NCBI GenBank assembly: GCA_040878345.1
Contig: JBBDML010000015.1
Location: 20,882-84,881 of the forward strand
DNA length: 64,000 bases
Direction of reading: 5' to 3'
DNA from: Acidimicrobiia bacterium
Lineage (GTDB): Bacteria > Actinomycetota > Acidimicrobiia > Spongiisociales > ZC4RG35
Position 1 is the first letter of the stretch. Each line of letters begins with the position of its first letter. The notes beneath the pieces are model-generated. The model was not told the origin of the DNA and ran no database searches. It saw only the letters and a list, made by a program, of their open reading frames with translations. A program made the position numbers and the translations under genes. This document shows, piece after piece, positions 44,979 to 55,777 of this stretch.

Positions 44979-45980
44979 ATGCATGCCGACGCCACCAGCG
45001 AAGAGGTGGCAGGAATAGTCGAGAAACTGAAGTCCCTAGGTGCCGATGTCCAGGTGACCACCGAAGGGGGACGAGCCGTGGTCAACGGGACCACCGAGTC
45101 GAGATTGCAGGACGAGGCGCCATGGGAAGCACTCCCGGGTGTGGAGCGGGTGGTGCCCGTGGTGCGGGGTGGCCGCCGGGTCGGGCGTCTGTTCAGGCCC
45201 GAACCGACAGTTGTCCAGGTCGGAGAGGTCTCGATCGGCGCCGGTGCGCTCACCGTCATCGCCGGGCCATGCGCCGTCGAGAGCCGGGAACAGTTGTTGC
45301 GGACCGCCGAGGCGGTCAAGGCCTCGGGGGCATCGATCCTGCGGGGGGATGCCTTCAAGCCGAGGACCTCCCCCTATACCTTCCAGGGGCTGGGAAAGGC
45401 CGGGCTCGAGCTTCTGGCGGAGGCCAGGGAGATCACGGGTCTTCCATTCGTGGCCGAGGTCCTCGACCCCAGGGACGTCGAGCTGGTCTCGAGCTACGCC
45501 GACATGGTCCGCATCGGGACCAGGAACATGTCGAATCACTCCCTGCTCAGGGAGGTGGGGAGACAACCAAAGCCGGTCCAGCTCAAACGGGGGATGGCGG
45601 CAACCGTCGATGAGTGGATCGATGCCGCCGAGCACGTCCTGACAGAGGGCAATGGCCGGATCGTCCTGGTCGAGCGAGGGGTGAGGGGAATCGACAACTC
45701 GGCGAGGAACACCCTCGACCTCACCGCGGTCCCGGTGGCCAAGAACCGCACCCATCTCCCGGTGATGGTCGATCCATCACACGCCTGCGGTCGCAGCGAC
45801 CTGGTTGCCCCCTTGGCCCGGGCGGCCATCGCCGCCGGGGCAGATGGGGTGATGATCGACGTCCACCCCTCACCGAGCGAGGCCTTGGTGGACGGTGATC
45901 AGGCGCTCCGCCTCGAGGAGTTCGACGTGCTGATGGGTGAGCTTCGGGCGGTCGCCGTGGCCGTTGGCCTCTCCGTCTGA
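44979..45980 (+). CDS. aroF: 3-deoxy-7-phosphoheptulonate (DAHP) synthase, class I-beta with N-terminal regulatory domain
   Basis: AGPCAVES, KPRTSPYTFQGLG and GADGVMIDVHP motifs. The start was chosen at ATG 44979. Confidence 0.8.
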   Translation: MHADATSEEVAGIVEKLKSLGADVQVTTEGGRAVVNGTTESRLQDEAPWEALPGVERVVPVVRGGRRVGRLFRPEPTVVQVGEVSIGAGALTVIAGPCAVESREQLLRTAEAVKASGASILRGDAFKPRTSPYTFQGLGKAGLELLAEAREITGLPFVAEVLDPRDVELVSSYADMVRIGTRNMSNHSLLREVGRQPKPVQLKRGMAATVDEWIDAAEHVLTEGNGRIVLVERGVRGIDNSARNTLDLTAVPVAKNRTHLPVMVDPSHACGRSDLVAPLARAAIAAGADGVMIDVHPSPSEALVDGDQALRLEEFDVLMGELRAVAVAVGLSV

Positions 45981-46000
45981 TCAGATCGAGTCACAGACCG

Positions 46001-48736
46001 CTAGGGGAAGAAGAGGGCTTCGAAGGCCCGTCTCGCCTTGCGGGTGTGGCGCCGGTACTCCTCGTGTAGCTCGCTGTGCCGGTCGAAGCCCAGCGAGGCC
46101 GCAAGTCGCGCCAACTGATCGGTGTTGGTGGGGAACCAGTCGGTGGCCTGGCCCCGCTGGAGATGGAGTCGGAGCCGGGCCCGGGTGAGGAACAGATAGG
46201 CATCGTGGAGCGCCTTGAAGTCATCGCTCCCCAGGACCTCGGTCTGCTCCATCATCCTCAGGGCAGGAAGGGTCCCCGTCACCCGGAGCTCGGGGAAAGC
46301 GCTCCCATGCTGGAGCTGGAGGAGTTGGGTGAGGAATTCGACGTCCGACAGCCCGCCGGGGCCCAGCTTGAGGTGATAGGCGGGGTCCTCACCGGTGGGA
46401 ATCCGCTCGGCCTCCACTCGGGCCTTGATCGAGCGTATCTCCCGGGCGATCACGGGATCGAGCCGGTCTCGCCACACCACCGGCTCGATCAGGTCGGTAA
46501 ACCCGGCCAGCACACCGGGGTCGCCCACGGCCGGTCTTGCCTTCACCAGCGCCAACAGCTCCCAGGGCTGGGCCCACTCCTGGTAGTAGCGGCGAAAGCT
46601 GTCCATGGAGCGGGCAAGGGGCCCTCTCCGCCCCTCGGGTCTCAACTCGGAGTCCAGCAGATACCCGTCACCGTGACGACCCGGCTCGGAGACCACCCGC
46701 TCCAGGTCGGTCGCCAGCCTGGAGACCCCTCCACGTTCTGCATCGTCGGCATAGACGTACATCAGGTCGACGTCGGACCCGTAGGAGAGCTCTCTCCCGC
46801 CCCACTTGCCCATGGCGATGACCCCCAGCCCGTGCCCGGCGTCGGGGCGGAGGGCGTGGAGCCCCCCGGCGATGGTGGCGTCGGCGCTGTCGGAGAGGGC
46901 CCCCAGCGTCATCTCGATCGAGGCGTCTCCCAGCACGTCACGGGCGGCGATTCGCAGCTTGCGGCGTCTGACGAACCTGCGGATGGTCCCGATCTTGGCG
47001 TCGGGATCGGGTCGCGAGTCGAGGAGCCCGACGAGCCGGTCGGTGGCCCCGGTCGCGTCGCTTATGTCCCAGATCAGGTCTTCGTCGGCGAGACGGGGGA
47101 TGAACTCGGGGATACGGTCGATGAGGTCTCCGAGCAGACGACCGGTGCCAAGCAGCAGGCAGAGACGCTCCCCGGCCACCGGGTTGCCCTGGAGCAGGGT
47201 GACCAGGGCGCCGTGATCGGTGGTGTTGGCTAGCAGGAGGCGCATCTGTCCGAGACCCAGGTCAGGGTCGGGGGACTGGGACAGCCAGTCCAGTATCAGG
47301 GGGAGGACCTGCTGCATCACCCGGGAGCGACGGCTCAGGCCACTGGTCATGTCCTCGAAGGCCCTGGTCGCGGCGGGGACGTCCTTGAACCCGAGGGCGG
47401 CGAGTCGAAGCCCGGCGTCTTCTGGCTCGAGCCGGGCATGCTCCAGCCCGGCCAGGGAGTCGAGGATGGGTCGGAAATAGAGACGCTCGTGGAGGTCGCG
47501 GACCTCGCGTCGGACCTCGGCGAGTCGGCTGTCGAGCTCGGCGGCGGGGTTCCCTGTCAGCCCCAGGCTGCGCCCGATCCGTTCCCTGTCGCCGAGCCCC
47601 TCCGGGGTGGTGTGGGTCTGGGTGAGGTCCCAGAGCTGGAGCCGGTGCTCCAGGTTGCGGAGGAACCGGTAGTCATCGGCGAGACGCTCGGCTTCGGTCT
47701 GCTCGATGTATCCATGGGTGCCGAGGCCGGAGATGGCGTCGAGGGTCCCGGTGACCCGTAGGTCAGGGTCGAAGCGCCCATGAACCAGTTGGAGGATCTG
47801 GACGGCGAACTCGATGTCCCTGATCCCACCGGGTGACCTCTTGATGTCACGGGCCGGGGCCTCTTCCTCGGCGCGTCCCTTGAGCAGCCTGATGCTGCGA
47901 AGTGACTCGACGTCGAGGCCCACCTCCCAGACCACGTGGTCGGCCATCTCCCGAAACCGACGCCCCAGGGCGAGGTCGCCGGCGACGGGGCGGGCCTTGA
48001 GAAGCGCTTGGAGCTCCCAGGCCTCTCCCCAACGCTGGTAATAGGCCCGATAGCTGTCGAGGCTCCGACTCAGGGGCCCGATGGTCCCCTCGGGTCTGAG
48101 GTCGACGTCGACGTTGAGGGCGGTCCCCTCGAAGGTAGGTGAGGAGAGGTCTGTCATCAACCGGCTGGCCAGGGCGATGGCGGTGTTCCGGGCCCCGGTC
48201 TCTTTCCCCTCCTCCGATTCGTGGACGAAGACCAGGTCGATGTCCGAGTAGTAGTTGATCTCCCGGGCTCCCCACTTGCCCATGGCGATCACCGCGAAGG
48301 CGAGGTCGGGGGCTGCAGGGTGTCTGGCCGAGATCGCCTGACGAGAGCCTTCCAGTGTGTCGACGACCATGGAGTCGATCGCCTCCGAGAGGCGAGTAGT
48401 GGCCTCACCAACGTCGATCACCCCGAGCAGCTCGTCACCGGCGATCGACACCAGCATCGATCGGATTCGTAGCGGGACCGAGCCCCAGTTGGCCGGGTCC
48501 TCAGTCAGCAACTCGGGATGAGTGGCGAGTGACGCGCTCAGCGCCCGACTGGCACCGGTGATGACGGCGACTCTGTGCAGCATCTCGGTGTCGGCCACGA
48601 TCGACGGGTCGGCATCGATGATGGGAAGGATGCGGGTAAAAGCGCCTTCGGGGTCGGCCACCCCAGAGGTGGCGGCGCGGACCAGGTCCATGGTTGCCTC
48701 ATCGAGCGCTGATCGAGGCTGGACGCTGTCGGTCAC
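46001..48736 (-). CDS. glnE: Bifunctional glutamine synthetase adenylyltransferase/adenylyl-removing enzyme
   Basis: 911 aa with two nucleotidyltransferase repeats (GKWGAREINYYSDIDLVFV; GKWGGRELSYGSDVDLMYV). Confidence 0.85.
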   Translation of the reverse strand: MTDSVQPRSALDEATMDLVRAATSGVADPEGAFTRILPIIDADPSIVADTEMLHRVAVITGASRALSASLATHPELLTEDPANWGSVPLRIRSMLVSIAGDELLGVIDVGEATTRLSEAIDSMVVDTLEGSRQAISARHPAAPDLAFAVIAMGKWGAREINYYSDIDLVFVHESEEGKETGARNTAIALASRLMTDLSSPTFEGTALNVDVDLRPEGTIGPLSRSLDSYRAYYQRWGEAWELQALLKARPVAGDLALGRRFREMADHVVWEVGLDVESLRSIRLLKGRAEEEAPARDIKRSPGGIRDIEFAVQILQLVHGRFDPDLRVTGTLDAISGLGTHGYIEQTEAERLADDYRFLRNLEHRLQLWDLTQTHTTPEGLGDRERIGRSLGLTGNPAAELDSRLAEVRREVRDLHERLYFRPILDSLAGLEHARLEPEDAGLRLAALGFKDVPAATRAFEDMTSGLSRRSRVMQQVLPLILDWLSQSPDPDLGLGQMRLLLANTTDHGALVTLLQGNPVAGERLCLLLGTGRLLGDLIDRIPEFIPRLADEDLIWDISDATGATDRLVGLLDSRPDPDAKIGTIRRFVRRRKLRIAARDVLGDASIEMTLGALSDSADATIAGGLHALRPDAGHGLGVIAMGKWGGRELSYGSDVDLMYVYADDAERGGVSRLATDLERVVSEPGRHGDGYLLDSELRPEGRRGPLARSMDSFRRYYQEWAQPWELLALVKARPAVGDPGVLAGFTDLIEPVVWRDRLDPVIAREIRSIKARVEAERIPTGEDPAYHLKLGPGGLSDVEFLTQLLQLQHGSAFPELRVTGTLPALRMMEQTEVLGSDDFKALHDAYLFLTRARLRLHLQRGQATDWFPTNTDQLARLAASLGFDRHSELHEEYRRHTRKARRAFEALFFP

Positions 48737-48789
48737 CCCGCCAGGCTATGACGCCTGGCCAGGAACCGACCACCGCGTAACCTCTGGGT

Positions 48790-50451
48790 ATGACGCTTCG
48801 AGTCGCCGGGGCCCAGCTCAATCTGAGAGTGGGGGACATCAGAGGTAACGAGCAGCTGATCGCCGCCGCCATAAGGAGGGCGGAAGCAGAGGACGCCGAC
48901 ATCCTCCTCACCCCGGAGCTGGCCCTCACCGGGTATCCACCGGAAGACCTGGTACACCGCGAGGATTTCGTCCGGGCCAACAAGGCCGCCCTGGGGAGGC
49001 TGGCCGGGCTCACCGGCGAGACCACGGTGGTGGTGGGGTTCGTCGACGAGGCCGCTGGTGGCCATGCCGCCGCCAACGACGCCTTCACCCGTGAGGTGGC
49101 CAACGCCGCGGCGGTGCTCCGCGATGGGAGCGTGCTCGGGGTCTATCACAAGGTGCTGCTCCCCAACTACGGGGTGTTCGACGAGGACCGCAACTTCGCC
49201 CCTGGCTCCGACCCGGCCAGGGTGTGGGAGCTCGCCGGCCACACGGTCGGGGTCTCCGTCTGTGAGGACATCTGGATCCCCGACGGGCCGCCGGCGGCCC
49301 AGGCCGCGGCCGGGGCGGAGATCCTGCTCAACATCAACGCCTCCCCCTATCACCGGGGCAAGGCCGCCGAGCGGGAGCAGATGCTCGCGGAGCGAGCCAT
49401 CGCCTCGAGAGCCTCTTTGGTCTATCTCAACCTGGTCGGTGGCCAGGACGAGTTGGTTTTCGATGGCGCCTCACTGGTGATGGATTCGAAGGGGAACCTC
49501 CTCCACCGGTCTCCGCAGTTCGAGGAGGACTTCTTCGTCGTGGAGGTCCCGTCACACCAAGCCGAGCCGACCGAGCCGGCGAGGCCGACACCGCTTCTCG
49601 ACCCCACCGAGGAGGTCTATCGGGCGCTGACGATGGGTCTCGGCGATTACGTCCGCAAGAACGGGTTCGCCGGAGTGGTGGTAGGTCTGTCCGGGGGGGT
49701 CGACTCCGCACTCACCGCAGCCGTCGCCACCGACGCCCTGGGCGCCGAGGCGGTGTGGGGGGTGGCGATGCCGTCGCGATTCTCGTCGCCCCACTCCATC
49801 ACCGATGCTCGGGAGCTGGCCTCCAACCTGGGGATCAGGTTCGATCTGCTCCCCATCGACGATGTTTTCAGTTCCTTCCTGGACGAGTTGGCCCCGGTCC
49901 TCGAAGGATCGGAGTTCGGGGTCACCGAGGAGAATCTCCAGGCCAGGATCAGAGGCGTCACCCTGATGGCCCTTTCCAACAAGTTTGGCAATCTGGTGGT
50001 GGCCACCGGCAACAAGTCGGAGATAGCCGTCGGGTACGCCACCCTGTACGGGGACATGGTCGGCGGCTACGCCGTCCTCAAGGACGTGTTCAAGACGCTG
50101 GTCTATGACCTGGCGAGATGGCGGAACAAGGACGCTGAGGTGATCCCCCAGAGCTCGATCGACAAGGCTCCGTCGGCTGAGCTGCGCCCCGACCAGAAGG
50201 ACTCCGACAGCCTGCCCCCTTATGAGCTGCTCGATGCCATCCTCGAGCGGTACGTGGAGAGGGACATGGGAGTCGAGGAGATCGTGGCCGACGGCTACGA
50301 CCACAAACTGGTCGAGAAGGTGACAAGGATGGTGGACCGCAGCGAGTACAAGAGGCGTCAGGCCGCCCCAGGGGTCAAGATCACCACCAAGGCGTTTGGC
50401 AAGGATCGCCGCCTCCCCATCACCAACGGCTACCGACCCGGTGGGTCATGA
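48790..50451 (+). CDS. nadE: Glutamine-dependent NAD+ synthetase (CN-hydrolase + NAD synthetase domains)
   Basis: N-terminal nitrilase-like domain and C-terminal SGGVDSAL PP-loop. Confidence 0.85.
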   Translation: MTLRVAGAQLNLRVGDIRGNEQLIAAAIRRAEAEDADILLTPELALTGYPPEDLVHREDFVRANKAALGRLAGLTGETTVVVGFVDEAAGGHAAANDAFTREVANAAAVLRDGSVLGVYHKVLLPNYGVFDEDRNFAPGSDPARVWELAGHTVGVSVCEDIWIPDGPPAAQAAAGAEILLNINASPYHRGKAAEREQMLAERAIASRASLVYLNLVGGQDELVFDGASLVMDSKGNLLHRSPQFEEDFFVVEVPSHQAEPTEPARPTPLLDPTEEVYRALTMGLGDYVRKNGFAGVVVGLSGGVDSALTAAVATDALGAEAVWGVAMPSRFSSPHSITDARELASNLGIRFDLLPIDDVFSSFLDELAPVLEGSEFGVTEENLQARIRGVTLMALSNKFGNLVVATGNKSEIAVGYATLYGDMVGGYAVLKDVFKTLVYDLARWRNKDAEVIPQSSIDKAPSAELRPDQKDSDSLPPYELLDAILERYVERDMGVEEIVADGYDHKLVEKVTRMVDRSEYKRRQAAPGVKITTKAFGKDRRLPITNGYRPGGS

Positions 50452-51284
50452 CCATCTCGAAGGTCCTGATCAACGGGGAGCCTTCGGACGGCAAGGTGCC
50501 GGTGACCGACTCCTCGGTGCTCCGGGGGGACGGTTGCTTCGAGGTGATCAGGTCATACCAGGGCGTGCCATTCCGTCTCGAGGATCATCTCGACCGATTG
50601 GAGCGCAGTGCGGGCGACCTCGACATCGAGCTACCCCCGTTCGACGACCTGGCGAGATGGGTCACGGACACCGCAACGTCGGTGGGGGACGGCGCAGTCA
50701 GGGTGGTGGTCACCAGGGGGTCGAGTGTCCCCGGCGTCGAAGGCGAGTCCCTAGTGATCGTGTTCAGCCACCCATGGAAGAGTGTCGATGGGCCGGCTCG
50801 CCTGCTTCCGGTGACGGCTCCATGGCATGCCGCCGGGGTCGACTGGGACCTGGCCGGGGCCAAGGTGATCTCCTACGCCCCCAACATGGCTGCGTCGAGA
50901 AGCGCCCATCGGCGAGGCTTCGATGACGCCCTGCTCATCACCACCGACGGGATCATCCTGGAGGGGCCCACCTTCTCGGTGGGTTGGGTGGTCGACGGTG
51001 TGATCGAGACCCCGGGGCTCGATCTCGGCATCCTCGACTCGATAACCAGACGGGTGGTATTCGAGATGGCCACCGACCTCAGCATCCCCTGGATCGAGAC
51101 CAAGTCCTCGCTCTCACGACTCGAGGACGCCGAAGAGGTGTTCGCCTTCTCCACCATCAGGGAGGTCCAGCCGGTCATCGCGGTCGGCGACCTCGAAGCG
51201 CCCGCCCGGTCCGCTGGCGAGCCGTCTTCACCAGGCCTTCGGCGATCTGGTGGGGAGAGCCGGGAACCGATCCGGCTCTCGTGA
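50448..51284 (+). CDS. Class IV aminotransferase (BCAT/ADC-lyase/D-aa aminotransferase family)
   Basis: Fold-type IV blocks (RGDGCFEVIRSY; VVTRGSS; EVFAFSTIREVQPV). The C-terminus is atypical and may contain a frameshift. Confidence 0.55.
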   Translation: MTISKVLINGEPSDGKVPVTDSSVLRGDGCFEVIRSYQGVPFRLEDHLDRLERSAGDLDIELPPFDDLARWVTDTATSVGDGAVRVVVTRGSSVPGVEGESLVIVFSHPWKSVDGPARLLPVTAPWHAAGVDWDLAGAKVISYAPNMAASRSAHRRGFDDALLITTDGIILEGPTFSVGWVVDGVIETPGLDLGILDSITRRVVFEMATDLSIPWIETKSSLSRLEDAEEVFAFSTIREVQPVIAVGDLEAPARSAGEPSSPGLRRSGGESREPIRLS

Positions 51285-51296
51285 CGTTGGCTGGGC

Positions 51297-51800
51297 ATGA
51301 CCAGCCGAAGAGTCGTCCTGTTGGGGCTCGTCCTGGCCACCGCGGTGGTCGCCTGTGACCGCGTTGAGACGGTGCTCTCGACACCCACCAGTCTGGTCGT
51401 CGGTGGCACCTCCACCACCGCCGCCCCGGGTACCACCACGGTGGCTGATGACACCAGCACCACCCTCAGGGGACAGAGCGTCTCCGAGTTCGAGACCGTG
51501 GCCCGCCTGTCTACCGCCAACGGCGAGGTTCTCCACATCGTGATCCCCGCCGGGGGCTATACCGACGTCGACCTGGAGAACTTCATTCGGGAGCTGAAGG
51601 ACGCCGACCCCGAGCTGTGGGGTGTCGAGGTCTTCGACGACCCCACCGCCCCGGAGGCCTTCTCGGTCGAGGAGGCTTCGCGGACCCAGGAGCAGAGCGA
51701 TCTGCTGGATCGTCATCACCTGGTCAGCCTGGTGAATGGGGACACCCTCCGATTCCAGGGCCCGTTCAAGTCGTTTGGCGAGTCGATCCTCGGTTCCTAG
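51297..51800 (+). CDS. Hypothetical lipoprotein
   Basis: MTSRRVVLLGLVLATAVVAC is a signal peptide with a lipobox; T/S-rich linker. Confidence 0.4.
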   Translation: MTSRRVVLLGLVLATAVVACDRVETVLSTPTSLVVGGTSTTAAPGTTTVADDTSTTLRGQSVSEFETVARLSTANGEVLHIVIPAGGYTDVDLENFIRELKDADPELWGVEVFDDPTAPEAFSVEEASRTQEQSDLLDRHHLVSLVNGDTLRFQGPFKSFGESILGS

Positions 51801-52651
51801 CCCAGGAGCCCGGTCTCCCCGACCCGGTTGGCGACGACGATGGCGAACAAGGCGATGAGGGCGGCGATCACCACCAGCATGCCGATCACGACGAGCATGA
51901 TGATCTTCCCGACGCTCCGCGCGGATCGGGCAACAGACTCGGGGAAGGCGCTGGGATCGGTACGGGTGGCCCCAGTCCATCTGGCGCCGTCCCACCATGC
52001 CTGATGGCTGGATCGGCCCGCCGGGTCGTAGTACCACCCCGGCGTGGTGGGCATAACACCGACACCGGAGACCACCACCGGAAGCTCGGGGCCAGGCATC
52101 TCCGGCACGGTGAGCAGGTCGAGCAGCATCGAGGCCTTGACCGCGGCCACGAACCCGAGCAAGAGCGTCAGCACCGAGAGCCCGAACAGGTACCACTCGC
52201 CGCCCGGGACGAGCAGGAGCAATGCTGAGACGGCGAAGACGATGAGCCAGCCCCACCATTGGTCGACCACGGAGAGGTTGCGATCGGCATCCTCGGGGTG
52301 GGCCTTTTCCACCACCTCCGCATAGACCCGACGTGGCATCCAGAACCAGGCGACCGGCACCAGCCACCACAGCCAGACCCCCTCGGGCCGGTGGTCCCAA
52401 TCGGCCCCGGCCACTCGATTCCGCAACGCCACCACGCTGGATGACAGCACGATCCAGGTCACAACCAGCAACAGGCCGATGGCCACGTCTCCGACCAGGG
52501 TCAAGGCCATGCCGAACTGGGCAGGAGAGTCCGAACGCGGGAAGAACTCCCCGGAGAAGTCGTAACCGTCGATGGCCATGATCAAGAACCCACCGGCGCG
52601 CCCCATGAGGGCGACGACCACCACCCAGATCAGGGCTTTGGCGGCCCTCAA
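51797..52651 (-). CDS. Hypothetical membrane protein (DUF2510-like GWYxDP motif)
   Basis: GWYYDPAGRSSHQAWWDGARWT segment and 5-6 TM helices. Confidence 0.4.
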   Translation of the reverse strand: MRAAKALIWVVVVALMGRAGGFLIMAIDGYDFSGEFFPRSDSPAQFGMALTLVGDVAIGLLLVVTWIVLSSSVVALRNRVAGADWDHRPEGVWLWWLVPVAWFWMPRRVYAEVVEKAHPEDADRNLSVVDQWWGWLIVFAVSALLLLVPGGEWYLFGLSVLTLLLGFVAAVKASMLLDLLTVPEMPGPELPVVVSGVGVMPTTPGWYYDPAGRSSHQAWWDGARWTGATRTDPSAFPESVARSARSVGKIIMLVVIGMLVVIAALIALFAIVVANRVGETGLLG

Positions 52652-52672
52652 GTCAGTCCTTCCAGGGTGCGA

Positions 52673-54076
52673 TCACAGCAACAGCACCGCCACCACCAGG
52701 AACCCTCCGAAGCCGACCATATCGGTCACAAGGGTGAGAAAGATCGAGGATGCCAGGGCCGGGTCCTTTCCGAATCGACGCAGCAGGAGGGGGATCCCGG
52801 AGCCGCAGACCGAGCCGATCACGAGGTTGAGCATGGTGGCTATCGCCACCACTCCGGCCACCACTGCCGGTTCGGACGAGGTGTCGAAGATGCGCAGGGC
52901 CAATAGGAGATAGGTCAGCGCGCTGGCCGCTCCGGCCAGCACCAACCCGTTGAGCGCACCGACACCGGCCTGTCTCGCCAGGATCCCGCCCACCTGGGCC
53001 CCGGGGACATCGTCGGAGGCGAGCGACCTGATCATCACCGCCAGGCTCTGGTTCCCCCCGTTCCCACCGAGGAGGGCGATGAGTGGCATCAGGGCCGCCA
53101 GCACCGGCTCCCGGCTGATGAGCCCGGTTTGGGTCTCGATGACGAATGTGGTGATGAGGGCGAGGACGAGGTTGAGCAAGAGCCATGGCGCCCTCATCCG
53201 AAAGGACTCACTGATCGCGGTATACACCGTCTCGCCGACGCCGGCCCCGACTGCGGCGGCGAAGTCTTCGCTGGCCTCGTCCTGGATGGCCTCGATCACG
53301 GCGTCGGTGGTCACCATGCCCAGCAGCAGGCCGGACTCGTCGGTGACCGGCACTCCGAAGAAGTGGTAGCGCTGGCACAGCTCGGCGACTTCCTCCCGGT
53401 CGGCGAAGGCATCCACCGACACCGGGTCGGCGACCATGACCTCGGCAAGGGGCGAACCTGGGCGGCGGAACACCAGGTCACGGAAGGAGATGACCCCGGC
53501 GAGCCGATCGTGGTCGTCGACCACGTACACATAGGAGAGGTCCTCGTACTCATCGTGGAGCTGACGGATGCGCTCGATCGCCTCCCCGGTAGTCAGGCCA
53601 AGGGGGAGCTTGGCGATGTCGGTGGTCATCAGACCTCCGGCGCTGTCGGGCGGGTAGGCCATGAGACCCCGCACCTCGATCTCGGCCTCGTCGGTCATCG
53701 CAGCCAGGAGGTCCTCCTGGACCTCCTCATCGAGCTCGGCCAACAGGTCGGCAGCGGCGTCGCCGGTCATCTCGCTGAGTGCGGCGGCGAGGTTTGAGAT
53801 CGGGATGTCCTCGACCAGCTCTGCAGCCAGCTCGGGTGCTATCTCCTCCAGGACCTCGGCGGCCTCGGGTGCGGCGAGCCCGGCGAGCAGCCCGGCGGCA
53901 TCTTCCTCATCGAGCTGCTCGAGCACGTCGGCTGCGTCACCGGGGGTGGCCCCGGCCAGCGCCTCCCACTCCTCACGGTTGGCCTCGAGATAGTCGGCAA
54001 CATCCTCGGGCTCGCGGCGGGCGAGGTCGAGCAGCGTGCTTGCGAGTTGGCGCGGGCTTCTGAGTCGAAGTCTCAA
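52673..54076 (-). CDS. mgtE: Magnesium transporter MgtE (MgtE-N, tandem CBS, TM domain)
   Basis: CBS pair region and the C-terminal MgtE TM signature (TDMVGFGGFL). Confidence 0.8.
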   Translation of the reverse strand: MRLRLRSPRQLASTLLDLARREPEDVADYLEANREEWEALAGATPGDAADVLEQLDEEDAAGLLAGLAAPEAAEVLEEIAPELAAELVEDIPISNLAAALSEMTGDAAADLLAELDEEVQEDLLAAMTDEAEIEVRGLMAYPPDSAGGLMTTDIAKLPLGLTTGEAIERIRQLHDEYEDLSYVYVVDDHDRLAGVISFRDLVFRRPGSPLAEVMVADPVSVDAFADREEVAELCQRYHFFGVPVTDESGLLLGMVTTDAVIEAIQDEASEDFAAAVGAGVGETVYTAISESFRMRAPWLLLNLVLALITTFVIETQTGLISREPVLAALMPLIALLGGNGGNQSLAVMIRSLASDDVPGAQVGGILARQAGVGALNGLVLAGAASALTYLLLALRIFDTSSEPAVVAGVVAIATMLNLVIGSVCGSGIPLLLRRFGKDPALASSIFLTLVTDMVGFGGFLVVAVLLL

Positions 54077-54175
54077 ATCGGCCCCCGGTGGACGGTTCGG
54101 CGGCCGTCAGGCTACTGCTGTGCTCGCTGTCCTCGCTGTACCGGCTCGCTTCGCTCCCGGTACTGGGTACAGCCC

Positions 54176-54652
54176 CTATCCCTCGAACGGGCGCACCGAG
54201 GTGATCTTCAGACTGAAGACCCCGGCTGGCGCCTGATAGGAGACCTCTTCGCCGACCGAGGCGCCGAGGAGCGCCGATCCCACCGGGCTCGATGGGGAGG
54301 CGAGGATCATCCCTGGCACCTTGTTCTCGGCAGGAGCGAGGAAGTAGTCGATCTCGTCACCGTCGGAGTCGACCACCGTGACCACGCACCCGACCTCGAC
54401 GACTGTGGTCGATGACACCACCCTCACCTCGGAGGTCTGGATCACGTGCTCCAGCCTGCGGATCCGGGCCTCCATCATGCCCTGTGCGTTCTTGGCGGCG
54501 TCGTAATCGGCGTTCTCCCGGAGATCACCGTGGGACCGCGCCTCGGCGATCCGCTCCTCCAGCTCCAGACGGCCATGGGTTTTGAGCCGCTCCAGCTCGT
54601 CGACCAGTTTCTCCAGGGCGGCCGGGGTCAGGAAGCTTCGCTCGTCCGTCAT
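54176..54652 (-). CDS. greA: Transcription elongation factor GreA
   Basis: GDLRENADYDAAK and C-terminal FKBP-like domain. Confidence 0.8.
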   Translation of the reverse strand: MTDERSFLTPAALEKLVDELERLKTHGRLELEERIAEARSHGDLRENADYDAAKNAQGMMEARIRRLEHVIQTSEVRVVSSTTVVEVGCVVTVVDSDGDEIDYFLAPAENKVPGMILASPSSPVGSALLGASVGEEVSYQAPAGVFSLKITSVRPFEG

Positions 54653-54696
54653 CTCCGGGGCGAGGTTATTCAGTCGATCCGTCTAACACGCTGTGG

Positions 54697-55743
54697 TTGA
54701 ATCCGCCGGTGTTCATCCCCCTCCACACCCGGCGCTTGCTGCTGCGCCCGTTCACCCTCGATGACGTACCTGCGTTCCTGGAGCGCCGCAACGATCCCGA
54801 GGTGGCTCGGTACCAGGACTGGGAGCTGCCCTACCCGCAGGACCGGGCGGCGGATGTGGTGGCAAGAGTCATCGACCTGGGCCAGCCGACCGACGGCGAG
54901 TGGTGGATGGCTGTGGTGTGCGACCGGGCCAACGGGGAGGTCTTTGGCGACGTGGGCTGTGACATGAGCTGGAGTGGGAGGACCGCCGAGCTCGGGTACA
55001 CCTTCGCCAGGGAGCACTGGGGGAATGGCTATGCGGTCGAGGCGGTGGAGGCGCTGGTCCGCTATCTCTTCGAGGAACTGGGAGTCACCCGGGTCTGTGG
55101 GTCGCTCCACCCCGACAACCCGGCCTCGGCAATGGTGCTGGAGCGGGCAGGCCTCCTCTTCGAGGGGCACACCAGGTCGTCGTACTGGGTGGGATGCGAG
55201 GTCTCCGACGACTGGATCTACGGGATGACCCGATCGGACTGGGATACATGGCGTGACCGGCCCCGCCATCCGCCCGGGGAGGTCCATCTGGTGGAGATCG
55301 GCCAGGCAAATGTGTGGGACGTCCACGAGCTGAGGACCCACAAGACCCAGGAGGAGTTCGTGGCCACCATGGCCCAGTCCTACACCGACGCCCTGTTCCC
55401 CGAGATGGTCGACGGGGCCCCGCTCGTCCCATGGATGCGGGCGGTGGTCACTGACGGGGAGATGGTCGGCTTCGTGATGCTGGCCCTTCGCACCGAGCAC
55501 CACCCCGAGCCCTACCTGTGGCGTCTCCTCATCGATCGTCGGCATCAGCGGCGGGGGATCGGGGCCCGGGTGCTGGATCTGGTCGCCGAGGAGTGCCGCC
55601 GGAGCGGAAGTGACACCCTCCTGACGAGTTGGGCTGAGGGGAAGGGGTCCCCGCGCCAGTTCTACCTGAGAAACGGTTTCGAGCCCACCGGCCGGATCGT
55701 CGACGAGGAGACGGAGGGGCGCAGGCGCCTCACCCCGGCCTGA
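54697..55743 (+). CDS. Tandem GNAT N-acetyltransferase
   Basis: Two GNAT units (REHWGNGYAVEA; RRHQRRGIGARVL). Confidence 0.6.
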   Translation: MNPPVFIPLHTRRLLLRPFTLDDVPAFLERRNDPEVARYQDWELPYPQDRAADVVARVIDLGQPTDGEWWMAVVCDRANGEVFGDVGCDMSWSGRTAELGYTFAREHWGNGYAVEAVEALVRYLFEELGVTRVCGSLHPDNPASAMVLERAGLLFEGHTRSSYWVGCEVSDDWIYGMTRSDWDTWRDRPRHPPGEVHLVEIGQANVWDVHELRTHKTQEEFVATMAQSYTDALFPEMVDGAPLVPWMRAVVTDGEMVGFVMLALRTEHHPEPYLWRLLIDRRHQRRGIGARVLDLVAEECRRSGSDTLLTSWAEGKGSPRQFYLRNGFEPTGRIVDEETEGRRRLTPA

Positions 55744-55777
55744 CTTGTTGGATCCAGCCAGTCTTTAACCTGCAGGG

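Noticed and set aside
54077-54175. Mg2+ (M-box) riboswitch upstream of mgtE
   Set aside because: The leader is only ~100 nt and shows no recognisable M-box conserved core. It contains short GTAC-based palindromes, which are more likely a terminator for greA.
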